The notes under the pieces were generated by a model. The model did no database searches, was not told where the DNA came from, and worked only from the letters and a program-made list of their open reading frames with translations. The translations under genes were made by a program, and so were the position numbers. From Octopus bimaculoides (taxonomy: Eukaryota), in the NCBI RefSeq assembly GCF_001194135.2, contig NC_068981.1, positions 77,838,544 through 77,873,893 on the forward strand: a stretch of DNA of 35,350 nucleotides. Direction: 5' to 3'. Below, piece after piece: positions 21,730 through 33,803 of the stretch; position 1 is the first letter of the stretch, and each line of letters opens with the position of its first letter.

Positions 21730-23760
21730 GGCAATAACCACTTGAAGATACTGACATATCATCATATGCAGCATACCGATTGCTCTCTCCATACAGAAAG
21801 TATTGGAAGCGGATGGACTTTATGACTATTAGAAAACATCCTTTCTACAAAAGTGGTAGGACAGATATTCTAATCTAGATAATGATAAATTTATATATGC
21901 ATAAGCAGTTTGAAAATATACTTAGCAACACACTGAATGAACTAGATATTACGCCTGAGTTGCCATGTGTGAGGTAAACCAACTCAATTCCCAAGAAAAA
22001 CCTCTTAATTTTCATGGCCTGCCTTCTATAGCTTCAAAAATATCCTAACTAGAGTTTATTTATCCTTGTGCGGGATAAATAATTACCAGAACAAGAAATA
22101 GGGGGTTCTTCCGAAGAGTGGAAGGGACGCCGCATAGAGTCGTGTCTGTAAAGATAAATTACTGAGCAGGAGAGTTACAAAACCAAAAACTAGAAAAGTA
22201 GCAGAAAATGGGTCTGAGCTTGCAAACGATTGACTATCGAAGGGCTTTAGCCAGAGTTTCCTTTTGACAAGTGGGCTTAGAAATTCTAGTCATGAACAAG
22301 GCAGCACCAACAATATGCAAGTACATTACGAGTTATTAGTAAATGACAAAATAGCTTGCAAAGGAGATTATAAAATTAACGCCATATCTTTTATGAGAAG
22401 AATATTCCAAAAGAATATACTCGCTCCACTCATTTACCTCAGGCTAACTGCTTTTACTTGCACATTGAACCAGACAGGATTCGGATACAAATGCTCTGTG
22501 AAGACAATCAACTATATTTTCTATATGGTTGACCTTTAGTTTTACGCTGCATATGAAAAAGTGTTAGAAACATTGCTGCAGACAATAGACGGATATACTA
22601 AAGGAATAGATTTAAGATTCGGAGAAGAATGCACAATTGAAATCTTGAAGAGATGAAAATTAATTAAGAATACTATTGTCATGTTAGATAAAGAAATATA
22701 GATGAGATAATTAGATCAAATACAGATTTACAGATACTTGGAAATTAATGAATTAGATATACAAATGAAATGAAAAGTTGGGAAGGAATATTAAAACTGC
22801 ATTAGATTAGTAATTAAATTGATTTAAATGAAATAAAAAGGATAATAGGCATTAATGCATTAGTTCTCCTAGTTAAAATAATTATACTTATAATATTCTC
22901 AACTATACGCTTATGAATTAGCAACATTAAAGAAGTAAGGAAGAAAAATAGCGAGGATATTCAAAATAAGGCACCTACAATCTAATACAGAAAGACTATT
23001 ATTCAACAGAAAACGCAAGGAGTTAGGAGTCCTCCATAGGTAGAAAGCTATTGTAAAATACTTTATATAATGCAATGAAATATATATCGAAAAAGAAACA
23101 ACGATAGCATATGAATAAAAATAGCAACAAAACACAAACAAAACAAAAATTGTCTTAAGTTTTCAAAATTGTATACCACTGCATAGAGTTGTGAACAAAA
23201 GTAAGAAGATAAAATTATTAAAAACTAAAGTAGTTTGCTTCAAAATGACACTAAAGTCCAAGTATTGGCTGAGGCAAGCAGAACACAAGGTTGAGAGTAA
23301 AAGTATTACTGGCAGCACAGGATAAAAGCATCCAGATTAGATATGACTAAGATTATGAAATGAAGCGAAATACATTAAGAACTGGGGTATGTATGTAGAT
23401 TTACAAGAGAATATGTGTAAATTTACTAGAGAATATGTGTAGATTTGAAAGAAACGATAAACCATCCACATGCCCAGTCCTAGCCAAGGGAGGCATTTGC
23501 AGGCATGACTGTATTTGGACGTCCATACACCGGAACTTATACCGATTTATGAAACACCAACAGAAAAGAAAACAATAAGATATGAACGAGAGCAAAAACG
23601 GTCTCAGAGAATGATAAACCTCTATTCTCTGGAATATGAAAAAGACAAAGGATCAAGAGACCAGTCGACAGAATATTGTCGTCAATTACCATCAGAAATT
23701 AAAGAACCTTCCGATCTATGTATCGGTCCTTGCATACAATTGCGTATCTTTAAATGAAAT
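21730..23760 (+). mobile_element. Decayed R4/Dong-like LINE with reverse transcriptase and 3' domains
   Basis: 22400-22660 reads RRIFQKNILAPLIY...LNQTGFGYKC..KTINYIFYMVDL*FYAAYEKVLETLLQTI..YTKGIDLRFG, matching the RT consensus (RGIFQGD.LSPL.F; HL.YMDDLKLYA). 23470-23525 reads CPVLAK...RHD..W..IH. Confidence 0.8.
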
Positions 23761-23899
23761 AAAAAATGTGTCCTTAAAAACAGAGGTAACCCGAATAGTA
23801 ACATAAACAACCCTTACAACATTTGGTGTTTTCAAATTATTAAAACATTGCAGATGAACACGTAGTCAAAACACCAGGACGTACATATACAGCATTCAG

Positions 23900-24600
23900 A
23901 AGCTAGTTCTGCTAGGTAGTATACACATATTATGGAAAGTAATCTCAACGCAATAGAAATTATAAACAACACTGCATGTATCCAAGGAGCCTAGAATTGC
24001 ACTCACTAATTAGTGAATGCAAAAAATTAAAATACGACTATTGAAAAATGTAGACCGCAAAGAACACTGAAAATGAAACTAAACGACGGACTACACACAA
24101 AATGATAACCCACTGAACACCAATGCAAGCATCAGCACGGAACCCGCAAAGAAATAATTCCCCGTAAGTAAAAAGAAGTCTTAAGTGAGTCAGAAAAACA
24201 TGGTTAATATCCTTCGAAAAACGTGAGAGATACGTCAGGAAGACAAAGTGCTTCAGCTAAATGCCAAAAGATTTTAAAGGAACAATAATATAAAAAAAAG
24301 AAAAACATAACACCTGAAGATCACAACAATATCCACATATGTTCAAATATATTGAAACTGAATATGAAACAAAAGCATTCACATTTGAAAATCTCAATGG
24401 ATCAAAAAGGGAGAGGTCAAAAAATGTGAAACAGCGCAGCAAACATGGACCACCATATGTGTCACAGTATTCACCAATACTCTAATAGATGCAAGCAATT
24501 TGAAATACCTTTTGATTGATATATGTACCCAATATCTAAATGAATTATCTAACCAGTTTCCATGAATTTATAGCATTCAATGAACTGCTAATAAAAAAAA
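23900..24600 (+). mobile_element. Possible decayed LINE pre-RT fragment
   Basis: A-rich with a remnant LQLNAKRF motif; otherwise unreadable. Confidence 0.25.
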
Positions 24601-24657
24601 AAGTCCAACACCTGAATGGCAATTTTTTTGTTATTTTTATTTTTTAATGTTGTTGCT

Positions 24658-24790
24658 CGTGGAGGCGCGTGGCTTAGTGGTTAGGGTGTTGGACACGTGA
24701 TCGTAATATTGTGGTTTCCGTTCCTGATCCGGGCGACGCGTTGTAGATATACACGTCGGAAAACCGGCTCTTATGACTCGAGATGGTAAC
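24658..24790 (+). mobile_element. Internally deleted tRNA-derived SINE
   Basis: gtggaggcgcgTGGCTTAGTGGttagggtgttgg...ggtttccgttcc head, homologous to the reverse complement of 260-329. Confidence 0.8.
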
Positions 24791-25608
24791 TTTACCTTTT
24801 ATTAATATTTATTTATTTATATATTATATGTTGTTGCAGTTATAGCCGTTATGATTGCTCTCATTGTTGGCCTGTTTATTGAGGTATGTTTGACCACATC
24901 CTTTGAGAAGGTTGCCAAACCTTTAGATTTTGAATGGCCAGACCTCTGATAACCCTTTTCCTACATCACCACTTTTTTATCGATCCTTCTACACTCACCC
25001 ATTTTCGGATGATTTATTGTCGTCCTTTACAGCTTCCTTAATTGAGGAATCGACGGATGTTGAAGTTATGTCCATGTTTCTGGTGTTTCTTTTGTTTTTG
25101 TTTTGTAAGGACACTCATTCGTGTGCTCCTTTCTATTAGTCTGCAGTAAACATTGTTGTTGATGCCACACTTGTAAATGTGCTATTAGGATTTCCTACTT
25201 TCGGCAGCTACCCGCATTTTCTGGATGTCTTCGAAACAGAAACATTCGAGTATGCCAGAAAATCGTCAGGCGCAACAAACACATAGAACTCTATGGACGT
25301 TCCTTTTTTGGATCTCCTTATTGCCGTCATTTTAGCCTTTGAGAAAACGCGTTGGTGACTCTAAATTTAGTTAACAGTAGTCCCATATTAAAAAGGGACA
25401 ATCCTAAATGCTAGGGATATGCATGTCTGTAGTCATTGTTTTGATTTTCAGTTCATTGTTGTAGATAGTAGATGGCTAACACTGTCCCTTATTGTACTCC
25501 TCACATTATTTGCTCGACTTCAGACCAAGCGTCTTTCGTTTTCCACTGCAGTTGAATACTGCCACGTCGACTCTCTGTAACGAATATACTTATGGAGAAT
25601 AGTCCTTT

Positions 25609-25946
25609 ACTAGCAGAGATACCTGGCCTTGGTCGGGATTAAAATGGCATAGTTTTTTTTAGTTTTACTTGTTCAGTCATGTGACTGCGGCCATGTTGGT
25701 TGAACAAATCGACTACAGGATTTCTTCTTTGTAAGCCTAGTTCTTATTCTGTCAGTGTCTTTTGTCGAATTGCTAGATTATGGGAACGTAAATACAGCAA
25801 CATCGGTTGTCAAGCAACGGTGAGGGTACAAACACAGACACACACAAACACGCACACACAAATATACACATATATATACAATAGTCTTCTTTCAGTTTCT
25901 GTGTACGAAATCTACTCACATATCCACTCACGTGTAGCCAGAGGCT

Positions 25947-25950
<4 letters not shown>
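25609..25950 (-). mobile_element. Second HINE-terminus plus CORE-like SINE composite
   Basis: actagcagagataCCTGgccttggtCGGGattaaaatggcatag followed by the same SINE segment, ending at gaggctacaat as copy 1 ends at gaggctataat. Confidence 0.65.
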
Positions 25951-25996
<46 letters not shown>

Positions 25997-26410
25997 TATA
26001 TATATGTATATATGTAGATATATATATATATATATATNNNNNNNNNNNNNNNNNNNNNNNNNNNNNNNNNNNNNNNNNNNNNNNNNNNNNNNNNNNNNNN
26101 NNNNNNNNNNNNNNNNNNNNNNNNNNNNNNNNNNNNNNNNNNNNNNNNNNNNNNNNNNNNNNNNNNNNNNNNNNNNNNNNNNNNNNNNNNNNNNNNNNNN
26201 NNNNNNNNNNNNNNNNNNNNNNNNNNNNNNNNNTCTCGAACTTGTCAAATAAAATTTTGTGAATGTACAAACAGCTTGTTCATTTATATAAAACAGATGT
26301 TTCGTGGGCGTTTTGTTTAGAAGAGAACATTGTTTTTGTTTTTTGGGGGTGAGGTTCCATGTCAATGGAGATAGATAGAAATATAGGTAGGTAGATAGGT
26401 AGACAGATAA

Positions 26411-26471
<61 letters not shown>

Positions 26472-26821
26472 GCGAGAGAGGGAGGGAGAGAGAGAGAAGG
26501 GGCATCGCCCTTCCTATTCACCATTCATTTACTTATTTAGTCATTTACCATTGTATTGGGATGGGTTTAAGTATGATGACCTCTTCAAACAAAAAAACAG
26601 GTGTGGTGTGGTCACCACTGAAAGTGTTTTTGCTTTCTTTCTCTCTTCCCCACTCTCTTTCCTTTTTCTCTTTTTCCCCGTTTTCTCTTTCTTTTCTCCT
26701 CTTTCCTTCTTTTTTCCTCTTTCTTTTTCTTTTCTTTGAGTTATATTTAGAATGTACCGTCTTCCCATTTCTTTCAAACATTCAATTTTGGAGAGATTTT
26801 TGTTTTTGATGAAACGTACTC

Positions 26822-27233
26822 TTTTACTCTTTTTTCTTGTTTCAGTAATTTGACTGCGGCCATGATGGAGCACCGCCTTTAGTCGAGCAAATCAACCCCA
26901 GGACTTATTTTTTGTAAGCCTAGTACTTATTCTATCGGTCTCTTTGGCCGAACCGCTAGTTTACGGGGACGTAAACATACCAGCATCGGTTGTCGAGCGA
27001 TGTTGGGGAGACAAATACAGACACATAAACATATACACACACATACATACATATATATATATACATATATACGACGGGCTTCTTTCAGGTTCCGTCCACC
27101 AAATCCACTAACAAAGCTTTGGTCGGCTCGAGGCTATAGTAGAAGACACCTGCCCAAGATACCACGCAGTGGGACTGAACCCGGAACCATGTGATTCGTA
27201 AGCAACTACTTACCATACAGCCACTCCTACGCC
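26822..27233 (-). mobile_element. Full-length CORE-like tRNA SINE with an internal (TA/TG)n tract
   Basis: Reverse complement: ggcgtaggagTGGCTGTATGGtaag...gGTTCAGTCCc, then gcgtggtatcttgggcaggtgtcttc (CORE-like), an internal microsatellite and a 3' body. Confidence 0.9.
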
Positions 27234-27419
27234 TAGAAAAATAGGTTGTCAATAGATGTTGTGGCGACAAACACGCACACACACACACACACNNNNNNNN
27301 NNGTGCGTGCATGCATGCGTGCGTGCGTATGTGTGCGTGTGTGTGCGTGTGTGTGCGCGCGTGTGTGTGCGTGTGTTTGTGTGTGTGTGTTTGTTTGGGA
27401 ACGTGTCCATGTTTATAGT

Positions 27420-28145
27420 ATGTAATTTCGATGCTTTGCATCGAAAAACAAAATTACGCCTCTTTCAATTTCATGTTTTTGCATTAGAGAACATTAGTAT
27501 AACACTTACAAACTAGAAAAACACGCAAAGTTTCTGAGCATCTCAATGCCACACATATACACATGATATTTACAGAGATGAGCATTATGTTTCCGATATA
27601 GAATACAAAATGTACTATCTCCGCTTTTCTTTCAAACAATTTTGGAGAGAATTTTTTGATGAAATGTAGTTCCATTGCTTTTCGCTATTGCACATTTACA
27701 AAAAGGAAAAATTTTGAATTTTCCATTACTGCATATTTCCAGATGCTTACTTAATAGAATTTTGCGTAATTCCTCTTCTCGGATATGTTGCCTGTGGATT
27801 CTTGCACGTTGGTAGAAGGAATTATTTGTCTCGCCAATGTAATTTTCTTAGCAGTTTGGGCAAGTAATGCAGTACATGAGGTTTTGCGGTTTGCAGTTCA
27901 TATCTGCATTTATTTTGAAAAGGGATCCGCTCTTGAATGTTATGTGGGAACCGCTTTCTAAGTATTTGAAGTTACTGTTTTTGCATGTTCCACATCTCAC
28001 ATTCTTTTACTAAGAATTCTGATTCATTCTCTGATTTGAATTCTGCCCGTGTTTTCATTAACTTTTTCCTTAAAAGTCCGTAGTTGGATGATGTTCAGTT
28101 TCATCGCCTTTTTTAATTCTCGCATTAATTAATCCTAAGGGTATT
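27420..28145 (-). mobile_element. Penelope-like element 3' fragment with Cys-rich linker and GIY-YIG endonuclease (Neptune-type)
   Basis: 27997 to 27632 reads RCGTCK...FKINADMNCKPQNLMYCITCPNC*ENYIGETNNSFYQRARIHRQHIREEELRKILLSKHLEICSNGKFKIFPF, with one in-frame stop in the conserved part. Confidence 0.9.
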
Positions 28146-28159
28146 TCTGCATTGTGAGG

Positions 28160-28464
28160 AGTGAAATTAACGTGCAAGTGGCTGAGCACTCCACAGATAC
28201 GTGTACCCTTAACGTAGTTCTCGGTGATATTCAGCGTGACACAGAGTGTGACAAGGCTGAGCCTTTAAAATACAGGCACAATAGAATCAGGAAGAACGAG
28301 TGAAAGAAAGTTGTGGTTAAAGAATACAGCAGAGTTCACCACCACCCACTGCCGGAAACTCGTTGTCGCTCAATAAACACTCACAACGCCCAGTCTGGGA
28401 ATCGAAACCGCGATCCTATGACCGCGAGTCCGCTTTCCTAACCACTGGGCTATTGCGTCTCCAC
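28160..28464 (-). mobile_element. tRNA-derived SINE
   Basis: Head gtggagacgcaatagcccagtggttagg...ggtttcgattccc; tail shared with 15990-16100. Confidence 0.85.
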
Positions 28465-28639
28465 TATATATATATGTGTGTGTGTGTCTGTGTGTGTGTC
28501 TGTATGTATGTACACATACATATATATATATACATATACATATATATGTATATAAATATATGCAAATATATGTAAATATATTTACATATGTCTATACGCG
28601 CGCGCGCGCGCACACACACACACACACATATAGTGTTTC

Positions 28640-29340
28640 TGATATAAATTCGAATCGCATTCATTTCCTTTGCAGTAATTTTAAGACTAGAAACTCTGTT
28701 TATCAATATAAAATTACTTCCTGTTCTCAAAAAGAACATAATAAACAATCTGATTTGGAATGGAATATTCTACCTAGATCCTTTCCATATGATAAATGTA
28801 AATCCTTGTGTCCGCTCGGTAACGAAGAATAGTATCTCATTCTCTCCTCAGCGAATTCTCTTGTAAACACGTTTAAAGAATGCGTTTATCGTTGCAAACA
28901 TTGGTAAAAGCATACCTTTAGTTCCCACAAGTACTTTCTACCAATCTATAAAATTCGACTTTTAACTGTCTTCTTACATTTAATTTCCACTACATATACC
29001 TATTTACACGCCTTTAATGTTTACTTCCACTCATCTATCGCACTATATTTCTCCACTCTTAATTTTGTGTTAATTTCTTTCTTTCTCCTCCTTCTCTTTC
29101 TCTTCACGTTAAATCTATTAACGGTTTTTTTTAATAACTTGCCAGCGTTTCCCTCATCATATACGGGGTAATCACACTAGGTCAAAATAGCTTATTGATG
29201 TGTTTTGTTTCTCTTTTTTCCCTGACGAGATGATCGCATTGTTTTACATCATTTTATTCCCTCAGGAATAATACCAATGTTTTCTTCGAAACATATGTCG
29301 GAAGCATAAAGATTTGAATAACACCTGCGTTTAACTCCAT
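28640..29340 (+). mobile_element. Penelope-like element 3' fragment (GIY-YIG C-terminus, 3' UTR, hammerhead)
   Basis: Reads FKTRN...DLEWNILPRSFPYDKCKSLCPLGNEE*YLILSSANSLVNTFKECVYRCKH, matching the PLE pattern I.W.IL....PY.....C.LC..EK..I....LN.R.E....CRH. Confidence 0.8.
29217..29304 (+). ncRNA. Type I hammerhead ribozyme with intact catalytic core
   Basis: UUUCC(29217-21) CUGACGA(29222-28), G..stem II..C(29229-87), GAAA(29288-91), palindromic stem III ACAUAUGU(29291-98), C17(29299), GGAAG(29300-04). Confidence 0.8.
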
Positions 29341-29589
29341 TTCTTAATCTATTTACATATATATATACATATATATACGCACACATATACATATATATAT
29401 ATATACACATATATATATACATACTTATACATATATATACATATATATACGCACATATATATGCACATAAATATACATACATAACTATATATATGCATAA
29501 ATGTATATACTTATATACATATATATATCCACATATATACATATATATATATATAATTATATATATATATATATATATNNNNNNNNNNT

Positions 29590-29777
29590 TTTGACACATA
29601 ATACTGAAATAGTGTAAGAGATAAGAGATTGCTCCGGGCTCGCATCAGACAAGAAGTTGCATGGACCCTAAGTAAGGGTAGTATAAAATTTGAATGAAAT
29701 CGTTTGGGTTTCTCGAGTGTTAGTGATGCACACATAGAGACACACAGACAGACAGTCATTCTCAGTTTTATATATAG
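29590..29777 (+). mobile_element. HINE/Helentron-like 3' end
   Basis: ataaaatttgaatgaaatcg...cacacagacagacagtcattctcagttttatatatag has the same layout as 1930-2030. The 5' part is lost in a gap. Confidence 0.55.
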
Positions 29778-29959
29778 GTGAGTTCTACTCATCTCAACAG
29801 CTGGAAGTGCAATCACTCTACGATATATGATGTCGTGTTTGGATTTCTTTTTTTTTAATTCTTTTCGAGCAAACGGGATGTCTCTTGACTCGTTTCCCGG
29901 GAAAATGACAAAATCTTTGTGGTCACATTGAAATCGTTACTCTTGTTGCAGTTGTTTTT

Positions 29960-30055
29960 GTTGTAGTAGTTGTTGTTGTTGTTGCTACTGCTGTTGTTAT
30001 TTCTGTTGTTGTTGTTGCTACTGCTGTTGTTATTTCTGTTGTTGTTGTTGCTGTT
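29960..30055. repeat. Degenerate (GTT)n containing two copies of a 33-nt unit
   Basis: gttgttgttgttgctactgctgttgttatttct occurs twice. Confidence 0.85.
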
Positions 30056-30547
30056 CTGATGTTGCAGCCAATGGCATTGTAAATCATTTCATCCTGATGT
30101 CTTTGAAACGACATCAATGTCGTAGTAGCAGCTGCATTGACTGCAACGACAAAACTTTTGGATATTATGGCGCCTTCGCTCTGCTCTGTTGTTATCTATT
30201 TTTATAATTATTATGGAATCATTACAATCTTCCTTATAACTCTTTGAATCACTAGTGACCTCACCATAACATTCTTCAGAGAAAAAAACATAATGGCATT
30301 ATTTAAAATTCACGATTCTTTCTAATATAATTGTGATGTTTATTTTTATATTAACACACAATTCCAACGAGAGTGCGGACACAGAGTGAGACCGTCATAT
30401 AAATAGAGGCCTAAAGGTATATTGTGTATAAGTTTTTCTACAAAATTGACAACAAAAATCAATGCATACAGGCATCTAGTAAGAAAAAGTGATTCAAATT
30501 TAGTGGAGCTTATGGAGGGAGACAATTTCGTGCTATTTAGAGCGAAT

Positions 30548-30584
<37 letters not shown>

Positions 30585-30586
<2 letters not shown>

Positions 30587-31150
30587 GCCCTGGTGCAGTA
30601 CCAGGCTGTGGCTTTCATGGCTTCTCATCTTAACTGATTGGAAGTGTTATCATGTACATTGTTTTGTTTTGGTTATAAAAGATAGGCTACAGCAAATATT
30701 CTGCTGAATACCACAGATTTGCTTGTCAGTTGTTTGACCTTAACCAGTTGAGCATGTCCCTTAGTGGCTGACGATATGTGCATCTCTGATCTCGAGCAGA
30801 AGTAGTGTAAGAGCATCATAGACATGTGTTGAGAGGAATTCTTTGGGATTTGAATAATTCACCTCTAGAAACATGGGTGTTTCATTCAACATCCTTAAAC
30901 AACCCTTATTCAGGGACCTTTTGAGTGGGATGGGCTACTGGACATGAAGAAAATTCTAACTGGGCCCCCACCTGTAAAGTCATGCGCTGTTAATCTTCAT
31001 ATGAAATCACCATGTCGCGCATATATGGTTGTGAAGCATGTGTTTGGTATACCCTTTCAGACGGATAGTCATGATGGGTATACTGGGCTTCATATATTTT
31101 ACCCAGTGTCACTTTGATGGCATACACTGCTCTCGCACTCAGTAACGATA
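30585..31150. mobile_element. Unclassified interspersed repeat bounded by (TAA)n
   Basis: Moderate-GC block starting right after (TAA)n at 30548-30583 and ending at taacgataataat. No second copy in the window. Confidence 0.3.
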
Positions 31151-31169
31151 ATAATCTTTTCTACTAAAG

Positions 31170-31575
31170 GATCGAGGCCTGAACTTTTGGGGCGAGGGTG
31201 GCTAGTCCATTATATCAACACCAGTATTCGACTGGTACTTATTTTGTCAACCCTGAAAGAAAGAAAGGAAAGGTCAACCTCAGCGAAATTTGAACTAAGC
31301 ATTTTGTCCGGCATACTAAAGATTCTGCTTGTTCACCGCTCTAACAATAATGATGATACGTCTATCTCCTATAGACACAATGCCTGAAATTTTGGTGGAA
31401 GGGTGTGAATCGATTACATCGACCATAGTGCGCAACTGGTGCTTATTTCATTGATCTCGAAAGGCTGAAATGCAAAGTCGACCTCGGTGGAATTTGAACT
31501 CAGAACGTAAAGACGGACGAAACGCTGCTAAGCATTTTGTTCGACGTGCTAAGGATTCTGTTAGCGCCCCGCTCT
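31170..31575 (-). mobile_element. Two tandem Meta/MESC-like SINEs (31170-31342, internally deleted; 31365-31575)
   Basis: Both homologous to 18061-18272. Confidence 0.85.
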
Positions 31576-31749
31576 TAAACAATCACGATGAGAATGAGTA
31601 AAAACGTTATACATTAGACGGGTTAAAATTTTGATAAATCAAACTGAATAATTATATGAAAAATACACGATCGTTAAAACAAGATATCATTACAACTAGC
31701 TGTACATAAGTCAGGCTAGTATACCCATACAACATTCGTCATAGTCACT

Positions 31750-32310
31750 CTTTATCTTATTCTCCTGCCAGTTACTGAAAAGAGTGTCGTTCTGAAAGTG
31801 CCTGAGAGTATTTCAGATGCTGGAAAGAGCAAGAAAGGTCCCACGTGCTGGCGGTTGTTTAAACATTGCCTTTCCTATTTGCAGACAATTACTCTATAGT
31901 GCAAATTATCTCTTGACAGGCTTAACGTAGCGTGATCCAATTTCTTTGCATATTTGCAACTTGTGTTCTCCGAAATCTTCTGGTAGTTCGTTTAGCCAGT
32001 CCATTGCTAGTAGAATTTCTCTAGGAAGTACTGCAAAAGCCATGTTGGTTCTGTTGACTGCATCTTCGACGTATAAGATACTTTCCTCTTAAGTCTGTTT
32101 ATCTTTTCAACATCTTGTAATGCTGTCTCGAGCAGTTCGCCCTACCTGTTCTCCACCCCACCCACCCACCTTCATCCATTCATCAGAAGATGGTAAAGAT
32201 CGGTCTGAAAAGGGAAGCATCTGACTCTTGCTTAACTGACTCTTGTCTATCGGTTTATGGAACCGAATGCAAGGAATACATGTTTTGTGTCTCATCGGCT
32301 CTGTAACCAA
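31750..32310 (-). mobile_element. Possible decayed Gypsy-like gag with a putative primer-binding site
   Basis: VEDAVNRTNMAFAVLPREILLAMDWLNELPEDFGEHKLQICKEIGSRY recalls gag V..L..E....V.D.L...P....Y..LK..L..R. TGGTTACAGAGCC at 32309-32297 resembles a tRNA-iMet PBS. Confidence 0.3.
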
Positions 32311-32529
32311 TGATGCAACGTGTTGGTAAATGAAACAGCTACCTAAGGAAATCAACAGCTGTTGCAGCTGTCCGACTCAATGTCTTTCTCTCTCTCCCCT
32401 CTCTCTCCTCCTCCCTCTCTCTCTCTCTCTCTCTGTTCGAGCTCTCCGAAGCAGGAAGCTTCTAAGTGACCTTTCCTACAGGTATGCTAATTGAAATCCC
32501 TGTGCAGTACCACCAGTCTTATTGCTTTT

Positions 32530-33125
32530 TTTTATTCAGCAGACACGACTGTGCACACCCTCTGGAATAGCCTAGTTGTCCTGAGGGGTCATGAAGACTT
32601 GCATGTTCATGCTGACTGCTCCTGATGGCATGTCATTTCTCACTATTTGTGAGCCAGGGACCAATATCACTTGCTCTGACCTTGGGATATATCCTTGTAA
32701 TGCACTGCTTGTACCCATCTATAGAGTACAAGCTTATAAGCAGCTGTCCTGGGCATAATCTCTGCTTTTCTCCAAGCCTGATCTGTCTTGAAGTTGATAC
32801 AGGTGGTGCTGTTGTCTTTACTCTCTTCCATGTATAAGGTACAAGCCAAGATATTTGTGAGAGCTTCTCTTATCTAGTTTGCTGAGAGTATAGTAAAGGC
32901 AAGCCCTCCTTTCGTGAGACAGTTAAGTTTGCTTTTGCTTTGCCCGCTCTTTAGCGCCTTTTTTTTTAACAGAGTGACGGTGTCTTTAGGAATTCAAGTT
33001 TTCCACTGTTCTATTTCGGACTGTTTCTCTTCCTTCTTCAGGAAATTCGGACAAAATTGGTCAAGTTGGATTGGGTCTTGCTCGGTGAAATTTAAGTCTG
33101 TCTGCCGGTATCGATGTTGTTAGCA
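32530..33125 (-). pseudogene. Decayed ORF of unknown origin (possibly a TE ORF1)
   Basis: About 190 codons readable with a few stops and one frameshift (QTDLNFTEQDPIQLDQFCPNFL...TTCINFKTDQAWRKAEIM...ILVPGSQ). No motif recognised. Confidence 0.2.
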
Positions 33126-33738
33126 TTGATGTTGTTACCGTTAAACTCATCTTAAATTGTAGTTTCTTGTATCTAAGAAATATGTATGTGACTGCAAAGC
33201 AATCTTGCTTATGTCTTCTTGCTTTATGTTTAATAAAATACTTCTTTTTTTTTTTGTTATTTTCTACTTTTGAAAGCGAGTGGTCGTTACCCAATTCATT
33301 TGGCGCCATTACGAACCAGGGCAAACAAAACAATAAATAAATAAATAAAATATACTAACGCAGAAAGAATCTTCAAATAAAATTGTCTTTTGTGAAAAAC
33401 ATTTTAATAAAACCTACTTGGCTTGTAAAATAGTTATGCACATAAAAAATGTAAATCCAATGTATTGTAAAATATTAATCCAAAGTCATAAATAAGGTGT
33501 TAACATTCAACGACGCCTACATCGAACCAATAGGAAATAAAACGTTCGATAGAATTTCTATTTTTCAAAACCAAGTGAGAATTAATTGAATGAAAAAAAT
33601 CTGACTACTTTCGTAAACAGGAATTAGGCACGTAAAAAATATAATTCTAATTATTATGAAAATACTTCGGAAAACAAAGTCGAAGACTAACCATCAACAG
33701 GACTAAAAATAATACGCTTGCTCAAGATGAAATGTATG

Positions 33739-33740
<2 letters not shown>

Positions 33741-33803
<63 letters not shown>

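Noticed and set aside
24900-25350. Minus-strand protein-like stretches with a GTGAGT donor
   Set aside because: Stops in all frames and no recognisable motif.
30092-30127. ctgatgt-cttt-gaaa-cgacatcaatgtcgt-a, hammerhead-like with a good stem III
   Set aside because: A9 is replaced, stem II is absent and stem I does not pair.
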